A DNA stretch of 64,000 nt from Psammoneis japonica (Eukaryota). Within the stretch, counting starts at the first letter, position 1, and every line of letters starts with the position of its first letter. Below are positions 23,548 to 36,402 of this stretch, in pieces. The position numbers and the translations under genes are program-made. The DNA lies in NCBI GenBank assembly GCA_008632985.1, contig QPGO01000054.1, positions 124,001-188,000 of the forward strand. Direction: 5' to 3'. Under the pieces are notes generated by a model. It did no database searches. It was given only the letters and a program-made list of their open reading frames with translations, and was not told the DNA's origin.

Positions 23548-24571
23548 ATGGCAGACACTCAACTTCGCGCCGTCCTTGCATACCGTATTGAACCAGGGAC
23601 ATCAACTCCAGCTTTCGGTGGAGACGCTCCCGCTAGCGGCGGCAGCGTGACGGCTACGGTTCTCGCCAAGTACGACCATGCCTCTCAGTACGAGACACAC
23701 GGCGGCACCTCCGCCGATCAAGGCACTCTCTACGGAGGCCGCGACAAGCAGTTCGCCGACGCTGTCTCTATGGTAATTGGAAACGATCCTCCTGCAAAGA
23801 CTTCGGAACCGAATACACTTGGCGGATTCAAAGTCGTTCAATCAGACCTACATCAGATTGTTTACGGTGCGGATTCAAATGGACTTTGTAAGTACAACCT
23901 GTATGGAATTTGAATATGGAATTCGTCGAATTTAGTTATTCAGATGTTCTTCGAAATACAAGAATTCTTGTGCACGTTCCCACGATCTCACGACCGCTTT
24001 CTCATTCTTGTTTCGTTCTGCAATCGCGGTTGCTGTTTCTCTTTCTTGATGTATTGTTGCATTGCTTCTGTACGAACCATGACGACTATGCTTATCGAAT
24101 TCAGGCTTGGGAGTTATTACCGGCCTAGGTTTCCCGTCTCGAGTTGCCATTCAGATGTTGACTGGATTGTACACGGACTTCTCGGCCAAGTTTGGTGAAG
24201 CGGCCAAGACTGCCGAAACCAACTCCCTCAGTAAGAAGGCCAAGTCGATGCTGCAGACCCACGCCAAAAAGTATGAAGATTTGGAGAAGGTTGATAAGGC
24301 CTCGGCACTCTTGGGCAAGGTCGATGAAGTCAAGGTCCAGATGTCTTCCAACATTGCCGACATTCTAAAGGGAATGGAAAAGGCCGAGGACCTTGCTGAG
24401 CGTTCCGAGCAGCTAAATGAGCAGGCGTCTGTCTTTAAGAAGCGAAGTACCGATCTTAAGCAACAGATGAAGTGCAAGAACTTGAAAATGACTCTACTAC
24501 TTACCGGACTTGTTGTGGGAATCCTTGTGGTGATTCTCGTTCCTCTCATTGTTCGCGCAAAGAAGAACTAA
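23548..24571 (+). CDS. longin-type R-SNARE (VAMP7/synaptobrevin family); exons 23548-23887 and 24105-24571
   Basis: SNARE motif KVDEVKVQMSSNI...AEDLAERSEQLNEQASVFKKRS and a C-terminal TM helix. A GT-AG intron at 23888-24104 joins the two frames. Confidence 0.9.
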
Positions 24572-24789
24572 GTGATGGACAGGCTGATCGATGGTCTTTT
24601 CCTCAATGAGTTTGGAATGCCGGCATGTTTGTAATGACACAGATCCTGCAGTTGCCTTCATGTTCTGTACTTCCATCAAGTAAAATCTAGAGAATATTCA
24701 TACACTCAATGTTTAGGATCTAGTCTAGTTGACGACTTGATGTGATGATTTCATGAGTAAACCGTAGTTCCAAGATCACCATATGCCTG

Positions 24790-25779
24790 CTAATCTCCTG
24801 AAAATAACGTTTGCAAGAGAACCTCAATTGCTTTTTCCTTGCTTCCTCCGACACTCGATACTAGATCTTCAAGACCCTGTGGCTGACGAATTTCGTTTGC
24901 CCACCATTCAATGGCTCGTGACTGTGTCGGCAACCCATGCAATGTAACATTGGAAATTTTCAATTCCTCGTCACCAGATCCATGCCAGAAGCAGTTCCAT
25001 TTCCAAGAAACGACCAACGTCAATGACTTGTCTGTTGCATTCTCGGCTGGCTCAGCATGTTCATTCCTGACGTGTATTGAAAATGTTTCTGCTGTCAATC
25101 GTTTAATCGCATCATGTCCATACTGTTCTTTCCAATTCTCGATCACGCTCTTTCGTCGTAAATCGAATTCGGCCCAACGCAGCAGCTGTCTGTACAATAA
25201 AGGAAGGTCGAAGGTTTCCGATGATACCTTTGATATTTGATATAATTCTTCCTTGGCCGACAAGGTAGTATCATGCGGTTCAAAAAGACTCTCAATGGAA
25301 ACGACACGGGCCTTTTGGTGGTCTGTATTTTGTTTCTCGGTATTGTCTTGATTGTCAAACGCAATCGTTGTCACGACGGTGAACCCCGTAGGTGTTGTGT
25401 TGCTGGCTACAACGTTTCCCTTAAACTCATATGCTTTTTGTGTCTGATCGTGACTGTTGCCCAAAGCGCGTGGTAAAGCAGAAGTGAATGCAATCCCTGA
25501 TACCAATGGCAAGAGTCGATACATTGCCGGATCGTCATGCCAACGTGAGTTTAATTCGATTTTTTCATCATGATCCGTGGACTGTTGAAGGGCCTCTAGT
25601 GTCTCGGACCAATCATGTTCCATATCCGTAGCAGAATCATCATGTGCTGATGCGGGGTTAGTCCATTGCTGCTTCCTTCCTGACTCAGCGTGCATCAAGC
25701 TCAATTCTGCTTCATAAATACGAATCAATCTTTCTTCCTCCGCAATCTGAATCCTCAAATCCTCTTCACTTTCCTCCAT
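24790..25779 (-). CDS. conserved hypothetical protein, CENP-P-like (coiled coil plus tandem RWD-like region)
   Basis: Intact ORF from ATG 25779. It has an N-terminal coiled coil, and DLPLLYRQLLRWAEFDLRRKSVIENWKEQYG, LVVSWKW and LEDLVSSVGGSKEKAIEVLLQTL recall CENP-P C-terminal motifs. Confidence 0.55.
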   Translation of the reverse strand: MEESEEDLRIQIAEEERLIRIYEAELSLMHAESGRKQQWTNPASAHDDSATDMEHDWSETLEALQQSTDHDEKIELNSRWHDDPAMYRLLPLVSGIAFTSALPRALGNSHDQTQKAYEFKGNVVASNTTPTGFTVVTTIAFDNQDNTEKQNTDHQKARVVSIESLFEPHDTTLSAKEELYQISKVSSETFDLPLLYRQLLRWAEFDLRRKSVIENWKEQYGHDAIKRLTAETFSIHVRNEHAEPAENATDKSLTLVVSWKWNCFWHGSGDEELKISNVTLHGLPTQSRAIEWWANEIRQPQGLEDLVSSVGGSKEKAIEVLLQTLFSGD

Positions 25780-26130
25780 AATTATCACTTATCGCAACGC
25801 TTCCAATATCATTCCAATTCACCAGTGCTTTCCACTAGCTACTAGAGTAGATGTAAACCCTCTCCAGTGGTATCCAGAGAGCCATTGCCTCGCATGGTGT
25901 GCTTTTGGTTGGTTGTTGGTGTCGAGTGTCGAAGTCGAAATGCTTGTGATGAAGGCGGAGCAAAAAATGGCGGGAGAATGTTGATAATGAACAACATAAA
26001 TGCGGTCATTAATACAACATAATGTATCAACGGAAAGAAATTATTAAAATCTGTATGAATTTTTATTGAAATTTCAAAATGCGCGTTTGACCCTCGCGGC
26101 TAGCTGCAGTGACTGCAGTGACATCATGGA

Positions 26131-26625
26131 GTGATGGATAGGAAGCGACAAGCGACGTCTCCTTGTCTAACGACGATGATGTTTTCTCTCCACCTGATCG
26201 TTGTTGCGGTTACCTTTGCCGGCCATAGTGTTGCGGACGACTCTAAGAATTTGGTGTATGTTCCTGCGCAAGGAGGTTTCAGCTGCGACGGGACTGTTGG
26301 AACACCGAAAACCTGCTTTGTCAACACGACGTGTCTCGTGGGTCAGAACTGCTCGGAGGTTGCCAATGTTGCCACCACGACGTTTGCATGCAACCCAGTC
26401 CAAGATGGATTCAGTTGCACCGTCACTGGATCTGATAATCTCCTTCAGGTTTTTGGAAGCACAGGCATTACTACCTGTAGCGAAGGCTGCCAATGCGAGG
26501 AGCTCAACGGCAACGCCGTCAACTGCAAGCTTTTGGTACCAGGCGGACGAAGCGGTGCTGGATCCCTTGCGGTTTCGTTTTTATCCATTACAATTGTTGG
26601 ACTTGCAGCGTTGCTTATGGTGTAG
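26131..26625 (+). CDS. small secreted Cys-rich protein with hydrophobic C-terminus (possible GPI anchor)
   Basis: Signal-like MMFSLHLIVVAVTFAGHSVA, many Cys, and SGAGS followed by a hydrophobic tail. The start may be near 26176. Confidence 0.75.
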   Translation: MMDRKRQATSPCLTTMMFSLHLIVVAVTFAGHSVADDSKNLVYVPAQGGFSCDGTVGTPKTCFVNTTCLVGQNCSEVANVATTTFACNPVQDGFSCTVTGSDNLLQVFGSTGITTCSEGCQCEELNGNAVNCKLLVPGGRSGAGSLAVSFLSITIVGLAALLMV

Positions 26626-27201
26626 AGTGCCAAATCGACGGATGCGCTAAACCGTATCCAAAAATAGAGGAAGAAGGAGAAGGAAGACTCTTGCCATCAA
26701 CAATGATAACCGATGAGATCTATGTTGCTCTCTGTTAACAGTTCTTGCCCTTTACGTATCGAGTTGCAAAAGAAGAATTTTTGTAAGCGTTCAGTCCGAT
26801 AACATCGTCCACAGAGGTGCATCAACAAGAAGTGTTGTTGTGCCGTTTGAGTTCTAGTTTTCTCGTTGCGACAGTGCTGTACATCAGCTGCCATGCCACA
26901 TGACGCGGGACAAAGACGCTGAAGTATTTTCTTGCACAATCCACTCTGTACTCTAGTATTGTACCTGTAGTGTCGGAGTAAGTCGTGATTGGCATTTTTA
27001 GTTCGAATAGGTTTACGCTAACGGTGCTCTACGACTGCTTATGTCCCAGCCTGTATGATGAGATGTGACTGAATCGCTATGAATCATAATTTGTCATGCC
27101 ACACACACACACCCCGGCACAAGATTGAGCGTCTGCAAAGGGCTTCATAAATTCCCGAGGGGAAAAATCCAAAGCCTATCCTTTCACAACAATTGGAAAT
27201 A

Positions 27202-27570
27202 ATGTCAGACTCATCGTTGGTATCAGGAACGACCATCAGGATCATTGATGAATTTGAAGATGATGCAATCAATGAGATTGTCAGCATCGGGGCAATCATG
27301 CGAAACTTGGAAGGGAGTGATGAAGAATCGATGGCACCGTCAACAATGACAGAGATACTTCAAGAACTAGAACAAAACCGCTCTTCGTCGCAGAGCGGTA
27401 AAGCAAAGACGAAGCGCAAAGCCTCGTATACCACAGAAGAAATCCTTCGAGATCTCGAGTTGAGCGGTAGTCTTCAGCCTCGTGGAAAAGCCGCCGTGGC
27501 AACGATGAGTGTCGCAGAAATACTTCGTGACCTGGAATCAAGCAGCACTGTTCAACTCAGCGGCTCATAG
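27202..27570 (+). CDS. hypothetical protein with repeated EILxxLE motif
   Basis: About 122 aa ORF containing EILQELE, EILRDLE and EILRDLE. Confidence 0.5.
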   Translation: MSDSSLVSGTTIRIIDEFEDDAINEIVSIGAIMRNLEGSDEESMAPSTMTEILQELEQNRSSSQSGKAKTKRKASYTTEEILRDLELSGSLQPRGKAAVATMSVAEILRDLESSSTVQLSGS

Positions 27571-27775
27571 CTCGTGAATTCGGAGATGTGCTCGTGGATG
27601 ACGAAAGTCTAAAGAATCATATTTTAGGAGCACATACTGCAGCCCAGATATTGTACGGCCCGTATTGTTGAGTTTGCATCCAAACTCGTCCATCAGCGCA
27701 AGAGAAACATGCTGGATGCTTCCGTTGTAGTGTCTCGCACCGACTAGAGAGGCAAGCGACGAGAGCTCAAGGTCC

Positions 27776-29203
27776 CTAGGCACTTTCTTCAGATGTAGTT
27801 TCTTCTAAAGCGCATACCTTCAATTCTTCTGGCATCGACACGAATTGCTGTCGACAGCACGGACAAAGCATTGGAAAGTTGAGAGCCTCCTTGACGGGGT
27901 CGTCGATGGGGTTGGAGTCGCGATTTCGTCTCTTTCTCCCAACAGCCAAGAGCCAGTTCAAGATACAGTCATCGTGGAATGCATGAGAGCAGTTTGAATT
28001 TGCCGCCCACGTAATGACCTCTCCCGCAGCGAAACTGCTCAGGCACACGGCACAACCATTTGGAACCTCTCGTTGCGGCAAATCGGATTCTGCGTTTTCG
28101 CTAGCTGCGGCAACGCACACACCACCAGGAGGGATTGAAATAACAACATTGGAATCCTCGACGATGTCATCCGGTAAGGTGTCGCTGACGTCTTCTTCGT
28201 TGGCATCATTCTTTTTTCCCATCTCGATATCCAACGATTCGTCAGGTTCTTGGGTGGAAATTGGCTGCAGGCTTATCGGCTGGGAGTCAGCCTTCGCTAT
28301 AAAGTCTTTTTTCGTAAGGGAGGTGCTGCTGACGTCTTCTTCATTGGCATCGTTCTTCTTTCCCATCTCAATATCCAACGATTCGACAGGTTCTGGAGTG
28401 GAAATTGGCTGCAGGCTTACCGGCTGGGAGTCAGCCTTCTCTATGAAGTCCTTTTTCGTAATGGTCTGAATAGATAGATGGAAAGTGTAAGACACCTCTC
28501 AGTTTTACCTGCTAAACATGAAAACCATTGTTCTCGCTGCTTACCGAAGAGTACTTGCTCAACTGTTCCAGCAGAAAGTCTTGTCGTATTTCTTCCTCTT
28601 CTCTCCTCGAAAGAGCTGAACTAGTGGCATTGGGATTCTCCAGTTCCTCTGCTCTTCGCCTGGTCAAAAAAAAGTAGTAACAAAGTCGAAAAATGTAAGA
28701 ATCAATGCTCTACATTTCTCTCTAACTAGCTTGAATCTAGCTCTAGCTACTACTACGGTAGCTTAGATAGAGTAGAGACAAGGCAAAAGCTGCTTGTGCC
28801 AAAAACTTGTGCGACCAAATATCGCGCGATTGAATAGCCACGTCATTCACGATTATTCATGCGAACCCCAACTCACGAATGAAACTGCATGACGATGGAT
28901 GCCTGATGTGTTTTTTCTCATGGCGAATGGCGAAACAGACAAGATGCAACGTAACATGGTTACTCACCGAGCAGCCTCATATCGCTCTCGAGCAGCAATA
29001 TACCACGAGGGCTCTTCTCTTGGTTCAATATGAACATGCCATCTTCTTTCCTTGAGGCGTGTCAACCAAAGTCGTCGCTTTCTCTCGCTGAAACAACAGG
29101 GAAGCACCAAGAAAAGAATCAAGGCAACCAACCACACTGCAATAAATCCTCCACTTCTTTGTGCAAAGCTTTCGGCGCCGTTGTCGTTTTGGTCTCGATC
29201 CAT
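27776..29203 (-). CDS. membrane-anchored RING-H2 E3 ligase-like protein; exons 29203-28968, 28659-28545 and 28465-27776
   Basis: TM segment FIAVWLVALILFLVLPCCF and RING CAVCLSSF...CSHAFHDDCILNWL...CPCCR. Two GT-AG introns keep the frame. Confidence 0.85.
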
Positions 29204-29510
29204 GATTGCTTGTTGCGGCAATGAGTTGTTGTGTTTTTGTGTCCGACGCCGGTGTTCGCGAATTTAGTTCTTCGGAGTTCGCGATTTCTGGTAGAAATGT
29301 CACGTAGATTTCTCGTAGAATTGCTTTGTACCAGCCGCGTGTAGATCCTACACGGAAGGTCGAAATACGTAAAAGTACCCGGATGTGCTGAAACGTACGG
29401 CTGTCGTCGGTCGTCGGCACTGCTCCAGCCCCACCATTTTTTTTCTTTCATTTCGGCACAAAATTCCAAGAGGTTGAAGAATTGAAGAGAGCTGCAAGGA
29501 AAGGTCAACC

Positions 29511-32500
29511 ATGGCGTCTCTTCCACCGACCATCGACTTCTCCAAGGCTGAAGAAGAAATCTGTGAGACATGGACCAAGGAGGAAACTTTCAAGACGCAG
29601 GATAAGCTCAGTAAAGAGCGAGGCGACGAGGTATGTATTTTTCTCGTTGTTGCGTGCTACCCCACACCAACCTTTTTCTTTTCTACACCACGCGTCTCAA
29701 ATCGAATCGTGCTATATGCTTGTATGACAGGAGTTTACCTTTTACGATGGTCCTCCGTTTGCTACGGGGCTTCCTCATTACGGTCACATTTTAGCCGGAA
29801 CGATCAAGGACACGGTGACTCGGTATGCTGTCATGTCTGGAAAACACGTGGAGCGCCGCGCTGGATGGGATTGTCACGGCTTACCCGTGGAGTACGAGAT
29901 TGATCAAAAGCTAAACATCACGCATCGAGATCAAGTGCTCGAGATGGGTATCGACAAGTACAATGCAACCTGTCGATCCATTGTAACGCGGTACACCAAG
30001 GAGTGGGAGACAACCGTGAACCGTCTGGGACGCTGGATTGATTTCGAGAACGACTACAAAACCATGGACCCCACCTTTATGGAGAGCGTATGGTGGGTAT
30101 TCAAGCAGCTTTTTGATAAGGACTTGGTCTATCAGGGTTATAAGGTTATGCCTTATAGTACGGCTTGCGGAACGCCTCTGTCTAACTTTGAAGCTGGACT
30201 GAATTACAAGGATGTTAGGGACCCGGCGGTCGTTGTAAGCTTTCCCATCAAGGAACTCGACGGTGTCTCCTTTGTTGCGTGGACTACCACCCCTTGGACC
30301 CTTCCTTCCAATCTTGCTCTGTGCGTCCATCCCGAAATGGAGTACATCAAGATTCTTGACAAAAGCTCCAACAATCGCTTCATTCTCGCCAAGAGCCGTC
30401 TTCCGCAGCTCTATCCAATCATGAATAACAAAAAGAAGTGGAAACCCGCCAAGGCTGCTGAGATTTACGAGATTGAAGAAACCATGAAGGGCACAGATCT
30501 GGTGGGAAAGACGTACGAACCGCTCTTCAACTTCTTTGCCGACAAACCCGAGTCGGCCAATTATTTCAAGGTGGTTTCGGATACCTATGTGACTGACGAT
30601 GCCGGTACTGGTATCGTCCACCAAGCCCCTGCCTTTGGAGAAGACGATTACCGTGTCTGTCTTGCGCATGGAGTCATCATCAAGGGTGGTGATATCCCCT
30701 GTCCGGTAGATGCCAACGGTATGTTTACGGACGAGGTTGATCCGGTCAAGGGCAAGCATGTCAAGGAGGCGGACGACACTCTCATTGCTCTCATCAAGGA
30801 AACCGGTCGTTTGGTCCAAAAGGACAATCTGGATCACTCTTATCCATTCTGCTGGCGGTCTGATACACCTCTCATCTACAAGGCAGTCCCCTCATGGTTT
30901 GTCCGTGTTGAAGAAATCCGGGACAAGATTGTCGCCAACAACAAGGAAACTTACTGGGTTCCTAGTCACGTCAAGGAGGTTCGTTTCCACAACTGGCTTA
31001 CGGATGCAAGAGACTGGGCTGTCTCGCGAAACCGCTTTTGGGGAACGCCCATTCCCATTTGGGCCTCGGAGAACATGGACGAGGTCGTTTGCATTGGAAG
31101 CATTGAGCAACTTGCTGAACTGAGTGGCGTCACTGTGGATGACTTGCACCGTGAAACCGTCGACAGTGTGACCATTCCGTCAAAGAAGAATCCGGGTCAG
31201 GTTCTACGCAGAGTGGACGAGGTATTTGATTGCTGGTTTGAGTCCGGATCCATGCCTTATGCTCAGAAACATTACCCCTTTGAAAACAAGGAGCGATTCG
31301 AGAGCGGCTTCCCGGCTGACTTTATCGCGGAGGGTCTCGATCAGACTCGTGGTTGGTTCTATACCCTCATGGTGCTCTCAACGGCGCTCTTTGACAAGCC
31401 AGCATTTAAGAATCTCATCGTGAATGGGTTGGTACTCGCTGGGGATGGCAAGAAAATGTCCAAGCGACTGAAGAATTATCCTGATCCCACTCTCGTCATT
31501 GGCAAGTACGGTGCGGATGCACTTCGTATGTACCTCATCAACTCTCCGGTTGTTCGCGCCGAGTCCCTCAAGTTTCACGAGTCGGGTGTGCTCGGTGTCG
31601 TGAAGGAAGTCTTTTTGCCTTGGTACAATGCCTTTCGGTTTTTCCTTCAAAACGTTGAGAGGTGGGAAGGTCGTGGACACAAGTTCTGTCCATCAGTGGA
31701 GAAGGTCAAGGCGACAAAGAATCCGACCGACATTTGGATCTCTGCAGCCACTCAGAGGTTAATCAAATTCGTTCATGATGAGATGGAGGCCTACCGGCTG
31801 TACACAGTCATGCCTGCATTGGTGAAATTTGTTACGCAGCTGACCAATTGGTATGTGCGTCTCAACCGCGACCGGCTCAAGGGCCTCGAAGGTGAAGATG
31901 CGGACGCCGAGGCAGAGACTGGTCTTCAGGTCCTCTATGACGTGCTCTTGGATGTGACTATGATCATGGCACCTTTCACGCCGTTCATTACTGAATTCTT
32001 TTACCAACATTTGCGCAAGATGCAGCCATCGTTCAAGGACGCTGTGAATGGCGGTGGCAAGTCGAATCCGGTCATGCCTGGCAAGAGCGACTCGGTGCAC
32101 TTCCTGAAGCTGCCTCTTTACGATGAATCGCGACTGAACGAGGATGCCGTTGAGGCAATGGAAGCCCTCCAGACGGTTGTGGAACAGGGTCGCATTGTCC
32201 GTGAGAAGCGCAACATTAGTCTCCGTACTCCCATCAAATCGGTTGTCGCCATTTTGCGAAACCCAACCAAGAAAATCGTGGAGGGCATTACTGGTCCCCT
32301 GAAGAACTACGTGCTTTCGGAGTTGAATGCTTGGGACTTTCAGGTTGTGCCGAAGGAAAATGAACACGACTGGGTGACCCTTTCGCTCGCTCCTGACTTT
32401 TCTGTTTTGGGAAGGAAGCTAGGCAAGAAGATGAAACCTGTCCAAGCTGCCATTACGGCCTTGTCACATGAGGTATGGTTCCGTTTCTGGTGAAAGCCTC

Positions 32501-33197
32501 CTCTCCCGGTTGACTGTCATTTTTCTAACATTTCTCCTCTTCTTTTCACCTATCGTAGGAGGCCGTTGAATGCCTTCAAAAGGGCGAACTTGTTGTGGAG
32601 GATGTTACAATCAATGCTGCAACCGAACTTATCTCCAAGTTGTCCTTCTCAAAGGAAGGTGACAATTGGGAATCTTCTTCTACGCAGGACGGCTCTCTTG
32701 TCGTTGCGGTGGACTGTACTCAGGATGAGGCTATTTTGAGTGCCGGAAGATCCCGAGAGCTCATCAATCACATTCAGCAGCTTCGAAAGGCGGCAGGGCT
32801 TGACTTGAAGGATGTAGTTGAAGTCTTCTTTGAAGACGAGGAAGGCTCTTCCACGGCGGAAAGTGCAGTAGCGCAGAACATTTCTCTTTTCGAAACCAAA
32901 TTTAAGGGGTCCGTTCCTGTTCCCAAGAGGTATGCACCGGAATGGAGTGTCGTTCTTGGTAGTGGAGTTGTGGATGTTGGCGGATTCAATGTTGATATTT
33001 GCATCTGTAGACCATCGTTGGCGGTAAGAGATTCCCTGGAAGCGCCAGTTGCGAATTTCCTTTCAACCCTTGAACCATCAGGGGTGAACGGTAGTGATGA
33101 GATCAAGTGCTCGGTAGATGGGACTGACTTTGTCTTGAAGAAGGGCACAGACTTTTGGCTTAGCACCGCCGATAAGGTTCGTGCGACTCAGTCGTAA
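29511..33197 (+). CDS. IARS1: isoleucyl-tRNA synthetase, cytosolic type; exons 29511-29630, 29731-32472 and 32559-33197
   Basis: Contains YDGPPFATGLPHYGH, GWDCHGLP, WTTTPWTLPSN, AEGLDQTRGWFY and KMSKR, with canonical introns. Confidence 0.97.
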
Positions 33198-33773
33198 GGA
33201 ATTCAATTGATTTAGCATTTTGCTCCGTTGCGTCGTCGTGGCAAGTCTCCCTGTTTCATTGTCGTTTCATGTAGTATGAGTATCTAGTGATTTACCTTAA
33301 TATTCAAAGTGCGGCGACACAAGTCCGACTCTAGCTAGTAGAAACGAAATTGAGGGAGATATGAATCAGCATGTACAAAGTAGGGTTCCATATAGTTTAC
33401 GTTATGATGCCACCAACCTGACCTGGAATACGTTTCGAGCCTCTTCATGATGTGTATCAAACAACTTAACCCAACTCTCTGCCGAAACCGTACTCTCTAC
33501 TCTAGAGACTAGACTCTAGCTACTCTAGTACGGTAGGAGAGAGATACTACTACCGATAAAACTTACTCCTCTACTCTACTAGCTCTATTAATACTAGAGT
33601 AGCTAGCTAGTAGTACGGTAGAGGGAGAGTAGAGAGTAGAGGTCGGTAGCTAGTGTAGCTTGCCCCAGAATCGGAGGTCTGTACATGGTACGATGCCGCA
33701 GCAGGCATCGCGCTTCGAACAACATGCATCCAACATCTCGCATTCTGAGCCTGTGTCGCATCCGAACCCAACC

Positions 33774-34217
33774 ATGGCATGTCGGCGTCAAAAACAACGC
33801 GTGCACCGTTTCCTCGTCGTTCTGTTTTTGCTGCTGCTTTGCTTGTTGATGCAGTTTTCGGGAGCCGAGACACAAATAAAGTGGACGCCTGGAGCAGATA
33901 CGAAGGACAATGCAGCTGCAACCGCACCAAGGTCGCAGAGATACTGGGACGAAAACAACATTGAAAGGCCGGACTATGCAAAAACTGACCAAGAGATCGC
34001 AGCGGAGAAAAGAGCGGCAGGGAAGGAAGATGCATCATCGTGGCGAATTTGGGGCGTAGCGCTTGTTTGCGTAATTGGTGCGATTGGTTACTATGCGTTC
34101 CCAATCCTCACCGGCGGCAATCGATTGGGTGGTAACAGACACCTTTTTGTCTGGAACACTGATACAGCCGAAGAGGCGAGGAAAGCTCGCCTAGAAAAGT
34201 TTGAGAAAAATAGATAA
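33774..34217 (+). CDS. small membrane protein of unknown function
   Basis: Signal/TM segment, TAPRSQRYWDENNIERPDYAKTD, a second TM, and C-terminal EEARKARLEKFE. Confidence 0.7.
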   Translation: MACRRQKQRVHRFLVVLFLLLLCLLMQFSGAETQIKWTPGADTKDNAAATAPRSQRYWDENNIERPDYAKTDQEIAAEKRAAGKEDASSWRIWGVALVCVIGAIGYYAFPILTGGNRLGGNRHLFVWNTDTAEEARKARLEKFEKNR

Positions 34218-34307
34218 GGACGATACACGTGTATCATATGACTCTCGCTACTATGCACCCTTGCAGTGATGTATGCAGAAATGGATGTAATGAACAGAAA
34301 CCGTTCA

Positions 34308-36402
34308 TCAACAATTGTCGCAGCAGCTGCAAGTTACCTCATCGCAGTCGACTTGAATTGTTTCGAGACTTGCTCGACTGCACATGGCACCAGGAATACT
34401 CCCACCCAAGTTGTTTTCGTCCAAGAAAAGCTGCTCCAATCGTTCCAAGTTGGCCAACTCACCTGGAATAGGACCGGAGAGCTTGTTTGACGATAAATCG
34501 AGGTACTTCAGTTCCGTGAGAAGCCCCAACTCAGAAGGAAGGTTACCAGACAAACTATTCTCCGACAAATCAAGGAGCACTAGCGTGTTCGACAAGAGAG
34601 AAATCTCTGGTGGAATGGGTCCAGTAGCGTTGTTTTGGGACATTTTGAATTCAACCAATGCGCCGTCATTGCACTCATTGGAGTCGACGCCACGCCACCT
34701 GCATTCGTGTGAGTTGCTCAACCAGCCCCGTTTAAAACGCCAATGGCTTCCTCCGGTACTATAGAATAGAACGGCGTACACATAACGTTGCACGATGCGT
34801 TCTTTTGAATACTCGTCGAGGTTACGGTCGTTGGACAGCCACGTGTATGCCAGATACTGAGGTGATTTTTCATCTTGAAGAGCAGCACCAGAATCCGGCG
34901 AAACAGAAACAAGCAATGGCTTCAAACAAAAGGCACCACAGCAATTGCAAGTCACTCTCTCGCAGTCGACTTCAATCCTCTCCAAGGTCTTCAAATCGCA
35001 AATTCCATCCGGAACGCTTCCGTCCAACTCGTTGCCATGCAGTATCAGCGTTTTCAGCTTAGACAAGTTAGAAAAGTCGCCTGGAATATCACCCGAAAGG
35101 CCGTTTGACGAAAGATTCAACGTCTGGAGCTTTGCTAGCTGGCCCAACTCGGGAGGAAGTGCCAGCGACAGCGAATTCGAGGAGAGATCCAAATGAACCA
35201 AGCTGCTTAACAAGCCAAGTTCTGGCGGAATGGGACCAGAAATAGCATTGTTTGTAAGATTGAGCACCTGAAGGTGTGAGAGCAGAGCTATCTCTGGTGG
35301 TAGTGGACCCGACAAATTGTTACCATCCAAGGAAAGCTCAACGATGTTCCCGTCGTTGTCGCAAATAGATGCTGGATCGGGAGCACTCGTGTACCATGCA
35401 CACTCGTCTTCCCCACTCAACCAACCCTCTTCCAGCTTCCTGTTGAAAGAGGCGGTGTTCCATTCTGGTCCTGATGTACTATAGAATAGAGTGGCAAGTG
35501 CGTGTCGCTGAACCACCTTTGCTACCGGATAAGATTCGTAATTCGGGTCCTGTGCAAGCCACAAGACAGCTTGATACTGTGGCGATGTCTCGTCCGAAAG
35601 AGCCACACCTGAATAAAGGGCGAATTGAAATAGAACCTGCTTTATTTCTTCCGGATCATGGAGAAATGGAATCGCTGTAGTCAGTGGTATTGTTGGACTA
35701 GGTGTGGCAGGCTGTTGAGTCGTTGGCTCCAGAGTTGTGGGCACTACAGTTGAGGGCTCTGCGGTTGACGGTGGTGTGGTCGGTGTTAATGATGTAGGCT
35801 CAGTTGTTGTTGGCTTCTCTGTGGGGCTTAGAGTTGCGGGTTCTTCTGATATTGGCGGTTCCGTAGGTGTCAAAGTAGTTGGCTCTGGGGTGGATGGCCT
35901 TACGGTCAGAGTTGTATTGTTGTTATCGTCTGATGATGACCCAGTCGTAGCGACGACGATGCTGACAACCACGATAGTAACGAGAAGTAAGGCTACTCCT
36001 CCTGCAAGAATGAGTCGCTTACGTCGTTGCCGGGACTGACTCCTCATTCCTGCCTTGGGGGCTTTCTGTCCCGGTGGTATGCTCTGTTCAGGCACCACAA
36101 CTGCCTTCGGAACACGCTTACGGTCGCAAGACGACGAATTTATATCATCTTCAACATACACAGACTCAAGTATGCTCGCGTCGTCCTGTCCAACAAAGAG
36201 ACGTGGTGGCTTTGGCTGGAAGCGACTGACACCTGCATTTTTTGATGCTGTCTGTTCGGCTTGCAGGCCTTGTTCGACATCAGGCATCATGACTGACGGC
36301 AAATAAGACTCAAGCTCGTCAAACGAAGAGTTGATATCATCGTCGATAGACACAGACTCAAGAAAGCTCGAGTCCTGTCTATCCAAGGTGGATTGCATCA
36401 TG
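34308..36402 (-). CDS. type II membrane leucine-rich-repeat protein
   Basis: TM helix, Thr/Pro-rich stalk, and two modules SPQYxAxxWL...QRxxLAxLFYSTxG..W...EC.W followed by LxLxxNxLSGxIPxELG repeats. The exact start is uncertain. Confidence 0.9.
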
